Positions 9,290 through 18,792 of a DNA stretch of 64,000 bases are shown piece by piece. The stretch lies in assembly GCA_965248265.1 (NCBI GenBank), contig CBDFJF010000002.1, forward strand, positions 352,001 to 416,000, given 5' to 3'. A program made the translations under genes and the position numbers. Numbering within the stretch: the first letter of the stretch is position 1; every line of letters begins with the position of its first letter. The notes beneath the pieces are model-generated. The model worked only from the letters and a program-made list of their open reading frames with translations. It was not told the origin of the DNA and searched no databases. This DNA is from Candidatus Latescibacterota bacterium. GTDB lineage: Bacteria; Latescibacterota; UBA2968; UBA8231.

Positions 9290-9378
9290 GACACCGTCAA
9301 ATGTACGTCCGCGAACACGCTGAACCAAAGGTCTCATTCATGGGCCAGGGCTGCGCCGAGCGTTTCTTGACCCGCAAA

Positions 9379-10710
9379 ATGGTTCCCAGTATCGTACCTA
9401 CCGTGAAAACCGTCGCGTTGTTAGCTCTGACCACTCTGGTCGCTTCGTGTACTTACCCTTTCCTATTCGGTAAATCCGACGTCCTTTCCGGTCCCAATGC
9501 CCTTTCGGCCGTGTTCGACAGCGCTACAGCCAGCGCTCGTCTTCGTTGGCAGAGACCGGCGGTCAAGGATTTTCGACGCTACAGGGTAGAGCGCTCCAAC
9601 GGCAAGGGATTCGAGCCGGTGGCCGAGGTTTTCCATTTAGCGGATACCTCCCACGTCGACGATGGACTGCTCTCCAATGAAGTCTATCGATACCGGGTGG
9701 TGACGGTATTCGGCGGTGGCTCCAAGAGCAGTGAAGTGGACAACTACGATTCGCTGTTGAGTGTGGAGGTCGCTGGCGGCATCCACCGCTTCGTCAATGC
9801 GTGGCCGGTAGCCGAAGGATTTCTGCCCACTCGCATGGCCCTCAACAGCGAAGGCGTTCTGCATGTGGTCGGCGCCGGTGCCAGCTGGGTTGAGCGTTTT
9901 GACCGCGGCGGCAATTCGATGGGGCGTTGGCAGTACGCCGCGGCGGAGAACGCCTGCCTCGAGACCGGCACGCTGGATGGTCCGGGTGTGGCTTTCGACA
10001 CCGACGACAATCTTTACGTGCTCTATAACTCCAGGCGTCCAGGCCAGTCGCCGCAAGCCAGATGGTCAAAATTCGACGTGCATGGCAATCAACTTTGGAC
10101 GGCGGACCTCAACGGGGTCTTCGCCCGTCACATCGCCATCCACAAAAGCGAGATCTTCATAGAGAGTATCAGCCACCTCAAGCAGTTCGACACTTCGGGT
10201 GAGTCAGTCGCCGATTATCGGGTGCCAGCCCTGCTGGTATCCAGTCTCAGGTTCTGGCATGGGAACTTCGCGGCTCTGGTAGAGCCTCTCAACTTCGCTC
10301 TGGTGGGTTGGCAGTCGCCACGACTGGTCATCTACAGCGGCGCCACCCGGGAACAGGTCGAGGCCGCCATCGGCCGGGATCCAATGACGGAGGAGGATCG
10401 CGGAGCCGGATTGCTCAATCGGCCGAGCGATTTTGCCATCGATGAGAGCACGGATAGAGCTTTCGTCGTCAACGCCGGCCGTGGCCGTATCGAAGTGTTC
10501 CGCGACGGGAAATACCTGACACGCTGGGGGAAACGGACCGATGGGTCGGAGAGTTTCAACTTCACCGGTTCGCTGCCGGTGATCGACGACATGTCGGAGG
10601 GCAGTCTGCGCGAGAAGGAAGTGGTGGCCGGTGGTATTGCTCGCGATGCCGACGGCTATATCTACGTCGCCGACACCTTCAACAACCGCATCCACAAATA
10701 CCTGCCGTGA
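9379..10710 (+). CDS. Lipoprotein with FN3-like domain and NHL-repeat beta-propeller (start uncertain)
   Basis: Lipobox LVASC; FN3 features (LRW…RYRVERS…YRYRV); NHL ends (GIARDADGYIYVADTFNNRIHKY). Confidence 0.78.
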   Translation: MVPSIVPTVKTVALLALTTLVASCTYPFLFGKSDVLSGPNALSAVFDSATASARLRWQRPAVKDFRRYRVERSNGKGFEPVAEVFHLADTSHVDDGLLSNEVYRYRVVTVFGGGSKSSEVDNYDSLLSVEVAGGIHRFVNAWPVAEGFLPTRMALNSEGVLHVVGAGASWVERFDRGGNSMGRWQYAAAENACLETGTLDGPGVAFDTDDNLYVLYNSRRPGQSPQARWSKFDVHGNQLWTADLNGVFARHIAIHKSEIFIESISHLKQFDTSGESVADYRVPALLVSSLRFWHGNFAALVEPLNFALVGWQSPRLVIYSGATREQVEAAIGRDPMTEEDRGAGLLNRPSDFAIDESTDRAFVVNAGRGRIEVFRDGKYLTRWGKRTDGSESFNFTGSLPVIDDMSEGSLREKEVVAGGIARDADGYIYVADTFNNRIHKYLP

Positions 10711-11639
10711 CGCGCCTGGAGATTGCATCAGGTTCTCTGATCGCGCTGGTCATTTGCGCCAGCGCTGGTGAGGGTAAGGAGGGCTACAACCTCTGGACGA
10801 AGGAGCGCGTCCGGTACCTGCTCGAGCGCACCAAGCGCGAGCCTGAGAATGCCGGTCTTCATGTTATGATCAGCAAGGCCTACTTCGAAGACAGCCAACC
10901 CCGCAAAGCCGAGAAGCATCTGCGCCTGGCACTGGAGATGGAGCCGAGTTTCGCCGAAGCGCACTGCAATCTCGCCGTGATGTTGCACGCCCAACGCCGG
11001 CTCAGCGGTGCTCGACAACAATACGAGGCGGCCCTGATGTCCGATTCGACCATGGTCGAGGCCATGGCCGGGCTCGGCACGCTGCTGTGCAGCACGAACC
11101 GCCCGGGGTTGGGCATCCAGCACCTCGAGCGCGTGTTGGTCCTTGACCCCTCCCGACTCAAAGCGCGCTACAACCTGGCAGTTGCCTACCATCAGGTCGG
11201 GGATTTCGAAAAAGCGATCGAGCACCTGCGCTCACTGCTGGCGGAGCAACCCGGCTATCCCGGTGGTCGCCACGCCCTCGCGCAAGCCCATTTCAGTCGT
11301 GGTCTCATACTACTGGGCGCCAAAAAACCAGAGGAATCACTCGAGTTCTTCGAGAAGGCACTGGAAGGTGGAAATGACGACGACTTTTTTTTTGCCACGG
11401 GTATCGCCCACTTGAAAATGGGCGAAATGCAGCAAGCAGAGCAAGCCTTCTCTTCGGCGATCGAACTGAACGAGGAGCACCTACCGGCGTTGCACAATCT
11501 GGCTACCGTTTTCGAACTCACGGACCGAACCGCCAAGGCCCGGTACTACTACGATCGCGTGCGGGTACTAGCGCCGCACATAGACAGCATCGAAGCAGCC
11601 CGTGCCGCGATCTACGACGAAGCCTACCTGATGGAGTAA
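10707..11639 (+). CDS. Tetratricopeptide repeat protein
   Basis: Repeated AHCNLA, ARYNLA and ALHNLA TPR helices; GTGA overlap with the upstream gene. Confidence 0.88.
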   Translation: MTRLEIASGSLIALVICASAGEGKEGYNLWTKERVRYLLERTKREPENAGLHVMISKAYFEDSQPRKAEKHLRLALEMEPSFAEAHCNLAVMLHAQRRLSGARQQYEAALMSDSTMVEAMAGLGTLLCSTNRPGLGIQHLERVLVLDPSRLKARYNLAVAYHQVGDFEKAIEHLRSLLAEQPGYPGGRHALAQAHFSRGLILLGAKKPEESLEFFEKALEGGNDDDFFFATGIAHLKMGEMQQAEQAFSSAIELNEEHLPALHNLATVFELTDRTAKARYYYDRVRVLAPHIDSIEAARAAIYDEAYLME

Positions 11640-11653
11640 CCCGTTGGGAAGCT

Positions 11654-11682
11654 TTGACTTTTGCAGGTCCAATGCGTAACCT
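11654..11682 (+). promoter_or_regulatory. Sigma70-type promoter for infA-lysS
   Basis: TTGACT (11654-11659), 17-bp spacer, TAACCT (11677-11682). Confidence 0.6.
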
Positions 11683-11848
11683 TTACCCGTTCATTATGAG
11701 ATTATAGGGGGACAAACGAACACATGTTTTAGCAGGTGCTGACGTTTTGAAGGCGTCGACGGCGAGCGGTTCCCTTGGGAGGATCTCATGCGGATATACG
11801 CTCGCTTTTTTTGTGCAATTTTCCAGGTACGAGGTATCGAAGGAGCGT

Positions 11849-12064
11849 ATGGCAAAAGAAGAAGCGATAGAAGTCCAGGCGGTGGTGCGGGAAGCACTGC
11901 CCAACGGCTTCTTCAAGGTCGAGATGGAGAACGGTCACGAGATTCTGGCACACATCTCCGGCAAGATGCGCAAGCACTACATCCGCGTTCTTCCAGGCGA
12001 TCAAGTCACTGTCGCCCTGTCTCCCTACGACCTTACTCGCGGTCGCATAACCTTCCGAAACTAG
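11849..12064 (+). CDS. infA: Translation initiation factor IF-1
   Basis: MAKEEAIEV…ALPN…[19 protein letters not shown]…[14 protein letters not shown]; AAGGAG RBS. Confidence 0.98.
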   Translation: MAKEEAIEVQAVVREALPNGFFKVEMENGHEILAHISGKMRKHYIRVLPGDQVTVALSPYDLTRGRITFRN

Positions 12065-12070
12065 CCGAGC

Positions 12071-13657
12071 ATGTCCGTGGGGGAGTCCGGCGCGGCGGGT
12101 GAATACAAGGCCTGGCCCTTCCAGGAAGCGCGCCAGATAGTACAGCGACGACCATCTGTGCAAGACCGAATCGCTCTGTTCGAGACGGGCTTCGGTCCCA
12201 GCGGTCTGCCCCACATCGGCACCTTCGCCGAGGTGGCTCGTACCTCCTGGGTGCGCCACGCATTTTCCCACCTTTACGACGTTCCCAGCCGACTCGTCGC
12301 TTTCAGCGACGATATGGATGGCTTGCGCAAAGTCCCCATCGATCTGCCCGAGGGCGACATGCTCGCCAGCCACCTGGGGAAACCTCTGCACGCGATACCC
12401 GACCCATTCGGTTGCTGTGAGAGTTACAGCGGTCATATGAACCAGAAGCTGCGTGATTTTCTCGACGCCTACGGTTTCGACTACGAGTTCCAAAGCTCGA
12501 GCGAGGCCTACGGACGTGGGGATTTTGACGACGGCTTGACCATCCTGTTGCAGAAAGTGGAGGAAGTCCGGGCGGTCATTCTGCCCACCCTCGGAGAGGA
12601 CAAGCGCGCCGACTGGTCGCCGTTCTTCCCGGTGTGCCCACAATGTGGTTCGGTGTACGCGACCAGGGTTACCGGCTACCGGCCCGAGAGCAACGCGATC
12701 GACTTCGCATGCGATCAAGACATGGGCAACTACGCCGGGTGTGGTGCAGGGGGTGAGCTGTCCGTGCATGGCGGCCATGTCAAGGTCGGCTGGAAGGTCG
12801 ACTGGGCGTTGCGTTGGTACACCTACGACGTGGACTACGAGATGTACGGTAAGGACCTGATCGATTCGGCCAGATTGTCGTCGCGTCTTGTCCGCATCAT
12901 GGGCAAGCAACCTCCGGTCGGTCTTACCTATGAATTGTTCCTGGACGATGAGGGACGCAAGATATCCAAGAGTGTGGGCAAGGGCTTGAAGGTCGACACC
13001 TGGGTCCAGTACGCACCGATTGAATCACTGTTGTATTACCTGTACCAAAATCCCAAGCGGGCAAAGCGTTTGTTCTGGGATGTCGTTCCACGATGTGTAG
13101 ACGATTATCTCGATGAGCTGAGGCGCTACAGCGAGGTCGTCGAAGACGAGCGACCGGATATCGCGATCTGGCACATCTACAACCGGGGTGAAGCTGTGCC
13201 CGAGTACGGGGCCACGGTGAACTTTTCCGTGGTCAACAACCTCATTTCGGCGCTCGGGACCGACTCGTCCGAATTACTGCTGGAGTACTTGCAGCGCTAT
13301 GATCAGAGCACAGCCGACCACGCTGATGTCGTTACCGATCTTGTCGATAAGGCGCTCAATTACTACCGCGATCAGATTCTGCCGACGAAGGAATTTCGGT
13401 CCCCCAGTGACGACGAGCGCGCTCTCCTCAACCAGGTCAGAGAGCGTCTGGCGCAGTGCGAAAACGGCAACGAAGAAGAACTGCAGGGAATACCGTTCTC
13501 GGTCGCCCGGGATGCAGGCATCGAGCCAAAGGAATTATTCCAGACGATCTATCAGGTGCTGCTGGGTCAGGAGCGCGGTCCGCGCTTTGGCTCCTTCGTC
13601 AACATGCTGGGCAAGACGCGCATGCTGCAAATGCTGGATGAGAAAGCGGCGGGCTAA
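12071..13657 (+). CDS. lysS: Lysine--tRNA ligase, class I
   Basis: ETGFGPSGLPHIGTF (HIGH-type), DDMDGLRKVP, WKVDW, GKDL, KISKS (KMSKS-type) and GPRFGSF. Confidence 0.96.
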   Translation: MSVGESGAAGEYKAWPFQEARQIVQRRPSVQDRIALFETGFGPSGLPHIGTFAEVARTSWVRHAFSHLYDVPSRLVAFSDDMDGLRKVPIDLPEGDMLASHLGKPLHAIPDPFGCCESYSGHMNQKLRDFLDAYGFDYEFQSSSEAYGRGDFDDGLTILLQKVEEVRAVILPTLGEDKRADWSPFFPVCPQCGSVYATRVTGYRPESNAIDFACDQDMGNYAGCGAGGELSVHGGHVKVGWKVDWALRWYTYDVDYEMYGKDLIDSARLSSRLVRIMGKQPPVGLTYELFLDDEGRKISKSVGKGLKVDTWVQYAPIESLLYYLYQNPKRAKRLFWDVVPRCVDDYLDELRRYSEVVEDERPDIAIWHIYNRGEAVPEYGATVNFSVVNNLISALGTDSSELLLEYLQRYDQSTADHADVVTDLVDKALNYYRDQILPTKEFRSPSDDERALLNQVRERLAQCENGNEEELQGIPFSVARDAGIEPKELFQTIYQVLLGQERGPRFGSFVNMLGKTRMLQMLDEKAAG

Positions 13658-13677
13658 AGCGTCCACAGGCCAGGTCG

Positions 13678-14004
13678 TTAATAGGGTAGTTGCAGCGGCG
13701 ACGAGGACTCCGGGTCGGACCGGTAGAGGAGGATGCTTCGGCCCAGTACCTGTATCAGGTGCGATTTCGATCCCACCGCAAGCTCTGCCGCTGCTTCCTT
13801 GCGACCCAACGGACAACTGCGTTCGATCTTCAGCTTGATGAGTTCGTTGCTGCGGTAGGCCTCCTCAACCGAGTGCAGTACCTGCGAGGAGATTCCCTCT
13901 TTACCCACATTGACGACAGGGCGCAGGCTGTGGCCCAGGCCGCGAAGGTGACGACGCTGCTTGCCCGAGAGTTCGGTTTCCGCCAGCGCCGGTTCTTCAC
14001 TCAC
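13678..14004 (-). CDS. yhbY: YhbY/CRM-domain RNA-binding protein
   Basis: LSGKQRRHLRGLGHSLRPVVNVGKEG…ELIKLK…QVLGR..LLYR. Confidence 0.92.
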   Translation of the reverse strand: MSEEPALAETELSGKQRRHLRGLGHSLRPVVNVGKEGISSQVLHSVEEAYRSNELIKLKIERSCPLGRKEAAAELAVGSKSHLIQVLGRSILLYRSDPESSSPLQLPY

Positions 14005-14402
14005 CGTTCCACCTCGAATTCAGCCTGAACCGCGCCAGATCGCTGCTGGGGTCTGACCCGCCGTTTTACCTGTGATTTGATCAAGGCCCGGGTACCCGGA
14101 ATCAAGGCCGCAAAGCCGATGACGTCGGTGATCAATCCGGGGGTGAGCAACAACAGGCCCCCGCCAAGCACCAGCACTCCGTCGAAAATTTCCTCGCCAG
14201 GGAAGCGCCCTGCCGCCAACTCGCTCTGAAGGCGCTGCCAGGCCTGAATACCCTGACTGCGCGCCAGAAACGCACCGACAGCGCCCGTGGCCAGCACCAC
14301 GGCGATCGTCGTCGGCACCCCGATATGCGAGCCGAGGCGAATCAACAGCGCCAATTCGACCAGTGGCACCAGAGCAAACAGCAGAAAGAGGCGGAAGAGC
14401 AT
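14001..14402 (-). CDS. fxsA: FxsA family membrane protein
   Basis: PLVELALLI, LARSQG and GGLLLLTPGLITDVIG motifs; ATG at 14402. Confidence 0.92.
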   Translation of the reverse strand: MLFRLFLLFALVPLVELALLIRLGSHIGVPTTIAVVLATGAVGAFLARSQGIQAWQRLQSELAAGRFPGEEIFDGVLVLGGGLLLLTPGLITDVIGFAALIPGTRALIKSQVKRRVRPQQRSGAVQAEFEVER

Positions 14403-14510
14403 GACGAGAATATACAGGGCGCAGCAATGACTAGAAAGCCTCGCGCTCGCCGCACCGGTTTCGATACAGGTTTGATACAATGATGGAACACGATTTGCGC
14501 CCTCGTGTAC

Positions 14511-16988
14511 ATGCCACACTCACTCCGACGACGCAGGCGCCCGGCGCTGTGGACGGCGCTGGCGCTGGGGCTCGGCATCGTTCTGTCGAGTCTGTTGGAG
14601 CCGTCCACCACCGCCACGGCCCTTGTTGGCGCAACCAGCACGGGGCTCGCCGTGTTGTGCTCGATCATGCATTGTCGCGGCCTGGCCGCCTCCATCTTCG
14701 TACTCATCGCAATCAACTGCGCCGGCGGCCTGCGTTACCAGGTGGCCACACAACTGTTTCCTCCCGAACACATAAGCCGACTCGATCTGGATAACCGCGA
14801 GGGGATCGTGTGGGGCGTGATTGAGGAGGAGCCGGTACTCCGGGACGGGAAGACGCGATTCGTGCTGCGGACTGAGGCGGTTCAGTTCGATGATGGGGGT
14901 GATGCGGGTCGCGCCTACGCGGGTCGCGGGTACGCGGATCGCGGGTACGCGGGTCGTGGTCCGATGGAAGGTCTGGTGTTGGTTACCGTGAAGGAGATCA
15001 GCTTTGCTGGCACCTACGGCGATCGGGTGGCGTTGCGCGGCCGCCTGCGGCATCCGCCAGTGGCGCGCAACCCGGGGGCCTTCGATTACCGTCAGTTCCT
15101 GATGCAAAAGGGGATCCACGCGACGCTGACCGTGCGCAAGACGGAGCAAGTAGTCTCCCTTGAGGCACGGGATGGGGCTTGGATGACGGAGAACGTTATC
15201 CTGCCATTGCGCCATAGCATCCGTGGCGCCTTCCAGGCTCATCTCAGTGGCGCTCCGCTTGGGTTGTTGCAGGGTATTCTGCTCGGCGACAAGCACAGCA
15301 TACCGGAGGAAGTGGCCGGGCGATTTCGCCACACCGGCCTGGCGCATGCCCTCGTCATCAGCGGCCTCCATGTGGGGCTGGTCACCGTGTTCTTTTTCAC
15401 CGCGTTCAAGCTGTGCAGGCTGCCCGATCGCGCCGCCTGCGTCGCCACCGTCAGCGTATTGATTCTGTACGCGTTCGTAACTGATCTGCAGGCTCCTGTG
15501 GTACGTGCGTCGATGATGGCCACCGTTGTGCTGCTGGGCCGAGCCATGGAGCGCGACGGCGAGATTTACAACTCGCTCGGTGTTGCGGCGTTGATGATCC
15601 TGCTTGTCTGGCCCCAGTCCATCTTCAGTTTGAGCTTTCAACTCTCTTTCGGTGCGACCCTGTCCATCGTCGCCCTGCACGGGCCGCTGATCGAGTTTTT
15701 TCCGGCACGATGGAGACGAGAGGGTCACTGGGCCGGCAAGTGGATCATCTCCCCGCTCTGCGTCTCGGTGGCGGCCCAAATCGGCACTGGACCGCTCATT
15801 GCCTACCACTTTCAGCAATTTGCTATCATTTCGCTGGTCGCGAATCTGTGCGCGGTACCGCTCCTGGCGTTGGTGGTGAGTCTGGGGATACTGGCCGGCC
15901 TGTGCGGCAGTCTCGCACCGGTGCTGGCCCTGCCGTTCAATGCCTGCAACTACCTCGTGATCACTGGTCTCATCCACATCGTGGACGGCTTTGCAGCCAT
16001 CCCCTATGCCTCGGTACAAACACCCAGACCGGATCCGTGGTTTCTCGCACTGTGTGCCGCAGCCGTCCTGCTGGCCGCGCACAGCCGGCAGAGCCCGGTT
16101 GCATTGAAAGGGCTCGTGTTCATGGTGCTGATCGCCACGAACGTGGTTACCTGGCGTCACGTGCTTGGCGAGAGGCCATTCGAGATCGTCTTTCTGGACA
16201 TCGGTCAGGGTGACGGCGCTCTGCTGCAATTCCCCAACGGCAAGACGATGCTGATCGACGCCGGTGATCGCAGCCCGTACTTCGATTACGGCGAGCGGGT
16301 TGTCCTGCCCTACCTGCGCCGGCGCGGTATTCGCCGAGTGGATGTGGTCGTGGCTTCCCACGCCCACAACGACCACATCGGCGGCCTTGCATCAGTGCTC
16401 GAACAGGTGGAGGAGGTCGGCCACTACGTAGACGGCGGTCAGCTGGCGGAATCCCAGGGGGCACGCAATCTGCGCAATTTGGTGGAAGGCCGCGGGGTGC
16501 GCTACCACCGTGTGTCATCCGGCGACAGTCTGGTCGGTCTGGGAGGCGTCGGAGCGCTGGTTCTACACCCCTCAACAGCGTTCGTTGACTCGGACGGGCG
16601 TTCACTCTCGGGACTCAACAATGGATCCGTCGTCGTCCGCTTCGATTACCAGGGCAAACGGGTGTTGTTCACCGGCGACGCGGAATGGGAGACGGACGAA
16701 TCGATCCTGGCCTGGGGAGAGCGCTTGCGCAGCGATCTGCTGAAGGTCGCCCACCACGGCTCCCGGACCTCATCGACTCCCGCCTTCGTGAGCGGGGTGG
16801 ATGCGGACATCGCCATCGTTTCTGTCGGAGAGTTCAACAGGTTCGGTCACCCGGCGGCAGAGGTCATGGCGCTGTATCGTCAGCGAGGGACCAGGGTTTA
16901 CCGTACGGACCGTTGCGGTGCCGTTCTCGTGACCATGGCCGGTGGTGAGCACTCGGTCGAAACCGTGATTGACGAAGGATGCTGGTGA
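14511..16988 (+). CDS. comEC: DNA internalization competence protein ComEC/Rec2
   Basis: RNPGAFDY, HALVISGLHVG, SFQLSF, FLDIGQGD, SHAHNDHIGG, LKVAHHGS and NRFGHP. Confidence 0.95.
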   Translation: MPHSLRRRRRPALWTALALGLGIVLSSLLEPSTTATALVGATSTGLAVLCSIMHCRGLAASIFVLIAINCAGGLRYQVATQLFPPEHISRLDLDNREGIVWGVIEEEPVLRDGKTRFVLRTEAVQFDDGGDAGRAYAGRGYADRGYAGRGPMEGLVLVTVKEISFAGTYGDRVALRGRLRHPPVARNPGAFDYRQFLMQKGIHATLTVRKTEQVVSLEARDGAWMTENVILPLRHSIRGAFQAHLSGAPLGLLQGILLGDKHSIPEEVAGRFRHTGLAHALVISGLHVGLVTVFFFTAFKLCRLPDRAACVATVSVLILYAFVTDLQAPVVRASMMATVVLLGRAMERDGEIYNSLGVAALMILLVWPQSIFSLSFQLSFGATLSIVALHGPLIEFFPARWRREGHWAGKWIISPLCVSVAAQIGTGPLIAYHFQQFAIISLVANLCAVPLLALVVSLGILAGLCGSLAPVLALPFNACNYLVITGLIHIVDGFAAIPYASVQTPRPDPWFLALCAAAVLLAAHSRQSPVALKGLVFMVLIATNVVTWRHVLGERPFEIVFLDIGQGDGALLQFPNGKTMLIDAGDRSPYFDYGERVVLPYLRRRGIRRVDVVVASHAHNDHIGGLASVLEQVEEVGHYVDGGQLAESQGARNLRNLVEGRGVRYHRVSSGDSLVGLGGVGALVLHPSTAFVDSDGRSLSGLNNGSVVVRFDYQGKRVLFTGDAEWETDESILAWGERLRSDLLKVAHHGSRTSSTPAFVSGVDADIAIVSVGEFNRFGHPAAEVMALYRQRGTRVYRTDRCGAVLVTMAGGEHSVETVIDEGCW
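14904..14963 (+). repeat. In-frame 15-bp tandem repeat x4 inside comEC (AGRAY-AGRGY-ADRGY-AGRGP)
   Basis: GCGGGTCGCGSSTAC-like units at 14904, 14919, 14934 and 14949. Confidence 0.85.
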
Positions 16989-17013
16989 TCGAGGGCACGG
17001 GTCGGCTCACTCC

Positions 17014-18168
17014 CTATGGGTTGCGCTCCAGTACATAGATGCGCGGGTAAATGCCGCCGGTTTCGACGACGCGAGCTTGGAGACGGCGGAACAGGCCCTG
17101 GCGGCGATTGACGCGATCGATGACCCCGCGTTTCCATGATAGCATTGCCAACCGGCCGCCGGGCTGCAACACCTGTGCGGCCTGTTCAAGAAGCCGGTGG
17201 TAAAAACCGTCGAAGTTGATTCTCTGACCGTGACGGATGCCGAAGGGAGGGTTGGTGATTATCGCATCAAAGGTGCGTCCGTACACAGTCGCAATGCGCC
17301 GGGCATCACAACAGCACAGAGCAATGCGACCGCTGTGACCGGCGCTGGCGACGTTGCGCCGGGTGCCGGCCAGGGTGGTGGCGTTGTAATCGCTGCCGAA
17401 TAGGCGCAGGTGAGGATGCAGTTCAGCCGCTTCGAGCAGGATGGTTCCCGAGCCGCAGAACGGATCGAGCATGGAGGTCGTTTCATCGCTGATGCCGGCG
17501 AGATGGAGCAAGGCGTAGGCGACGTTGGCCTTGAGAGCAGCGACGGGTCGCAAGCTGCGCGATATGCGCTTGCTCAACGGGTGACGACTCAGCTGGACGC
17601 CGACGATACAGGTGCGGTCGATGACGTCGGTACGGACATCGACGTCGTAGTTCTCCAGATCGACGGCGCACCCGTGGCGCGCCAACAGGGCGCCTCCTGC
17701 AAAGCGCTGTACGTCCAGGCTTGTGAACGAATGTGTGCCGCTACGTTTGGTGGTTACGCGGAAGGTGGTAGCAGTATCCAGTTCGGGGACCCCCCGCTGT
17801 CTCAGTACGCGGTAGATGCGAGCGATCTCAGGACAGGGAGCGGCTTCCGGCGGATCTGCGCTGTTACCGGCAATGTCCTCCTCTACCATAGCAGAATCGG
17901 CAAACACCTCGACTGTTTCCGACCTATCGCTCAAGTCAAAACGATACAGCAGGCGCAGAACATGATGGATAGACCGCAGCTGTAAGGCAGTCTCGGCTCC
18001 ACTGTTGGCGGTGTGCACGATGACCTGACCGCCAAATCCGAATGGTCTCAGCTCCACCTGGGGTGCGGGCAATTTTGCCTCCGCGCAGCGCCGGCGAAAC
18101 TCCTCGGCGACTATGCTCTCCAGCCCGGGATTGGTAGTCAGCAGCAGGTGAGTCACGGTCCGTGGCAC
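17014..18168 (-). CDS. THUMP-domain RNA (guanine-N2)-methyltransferase (Trm14/RlmL-like)
   Basis: TNPGLE N-terminus, TFRVTTKRSGTH THUMP region, LDPFCGSGTILLE SAM motif and TNPPFG. Confidence 0.87.
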   Translation of the reverse strand: MPRTVTHLLLTTNPGLESIVAEEFRRRCAEAKLPAPQVELRPFGFGGQVIVHTANSGAETALQLRSIHHVLRLLYRFDLSDRSETVEVFADSAMVEEDIAGNSADPPEAAPCPEIARIYRVLRQRGVPELDTATTFRVTTKRSGTHSFTSLDVQRFAGGALLARHGCAVDLENYDVDVRTDVIDRTCIVGVQLSRHPLSKRISRSLRPVAALKANVAYALLHLAGISDETTSMLDPFCGSGTILLEAAELHPHLRLFGSDYNATTLAGTRRNVASAGHSGRIALCCCDARRIATVYGRTFDAIITNPPFGIRHGQRINFDGFYHRLLEQAAQVLQPGGRLAMLSWKRGVIDRVNRRQGLFRRLQARVVETGGIYPRIYVLERNP

Positions 18169-18174
18169 GGGGAA

Positions 18175-18786
18175 TCAGAGAACGCTTCGGGGATGCGGCA
18201 GGTCGCCCAGATCGATCCAGTAGCGCAGTTTGTCCAGGTCGGCCACACCTTCGCGGCCTTCCATCCGCTTGACATGGGAATCCATCTTCATGGCGGTCTC
18301 AAACTGGCCGCCATTGCTCTCGATGATTCTCTTGGAGGCCAGGTTGTCGGCGTCGCAGGTGACCAATACCCGATCCAATCCGACGCGGCGCGATTTCTCC
18401 AATGCCAGTTTGAGGATACACTTGCCATAACCCTCGCCGCGGCGGGAAGGCCGGATGCTGTAGCCGATGTGGCCCCCGTATGTAATCAAGTAGGGCGTTG
18501 CCAAATCAGGTCGCACGGAGGCCTGGCCGATGTATTCTCCGCGATCGATCAGCCAGTGGACGATGTCGACGTAGCCATGTTCCGATTTTTCTCCGAGCCT
18601 CTTGAGGTCCCAAACGAAGGTGCGAAAATCCCGTCGCAATGCCTGCAGGTCGTAGCCGAGAGCGCGGGCATAGGTCGAGTCCAGTCGATCTTCCTGGGCA
18701 AACTCGGCGGCGCCCTCGAGGAAACTGCCCTCGTAGCGCCCGTCGGGCAGCTCGAGCAGGAGGCGTTTGTCGTCTGTGTCCGTCAC
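18175..18786 (-). CDS. GNAT family N-acetyltransferase
   Basis: GGHIGYSIRPSRRGEGYG and VLVTCDADNLASKRIIESNGG. Confidence 0.9.
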   Translation of the reverse strand: MTDTDDKRLLLELPDGRYEGSFLEGAAEFAQEDRLDSTYARALGYDLQALRRDFRTFVWDLKRLGEKSEHGYVDIVHWLIDRGEYIGQASVRPDLATPYLITYGGHIGYSIRPSRRGEGYGKCILKLALEKSRRVGLDRVLVTCDADNLASKRIIESNGGQFETAMKMDSHVKRMEGREGVADLDKLRYWIDLGDLPHPRSVL

Positions 18787-18792
18787 GCCAAC

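Noticed and set aside
14520-16376. 618-aa minus-strand ORF, and similar long antisense ORFs (11786..12910, 35306..36349, 52975..53904)
   Set aside because: Antisense shadows of well-supported genes, expected in high-GC DNA; no recognisable motifs.
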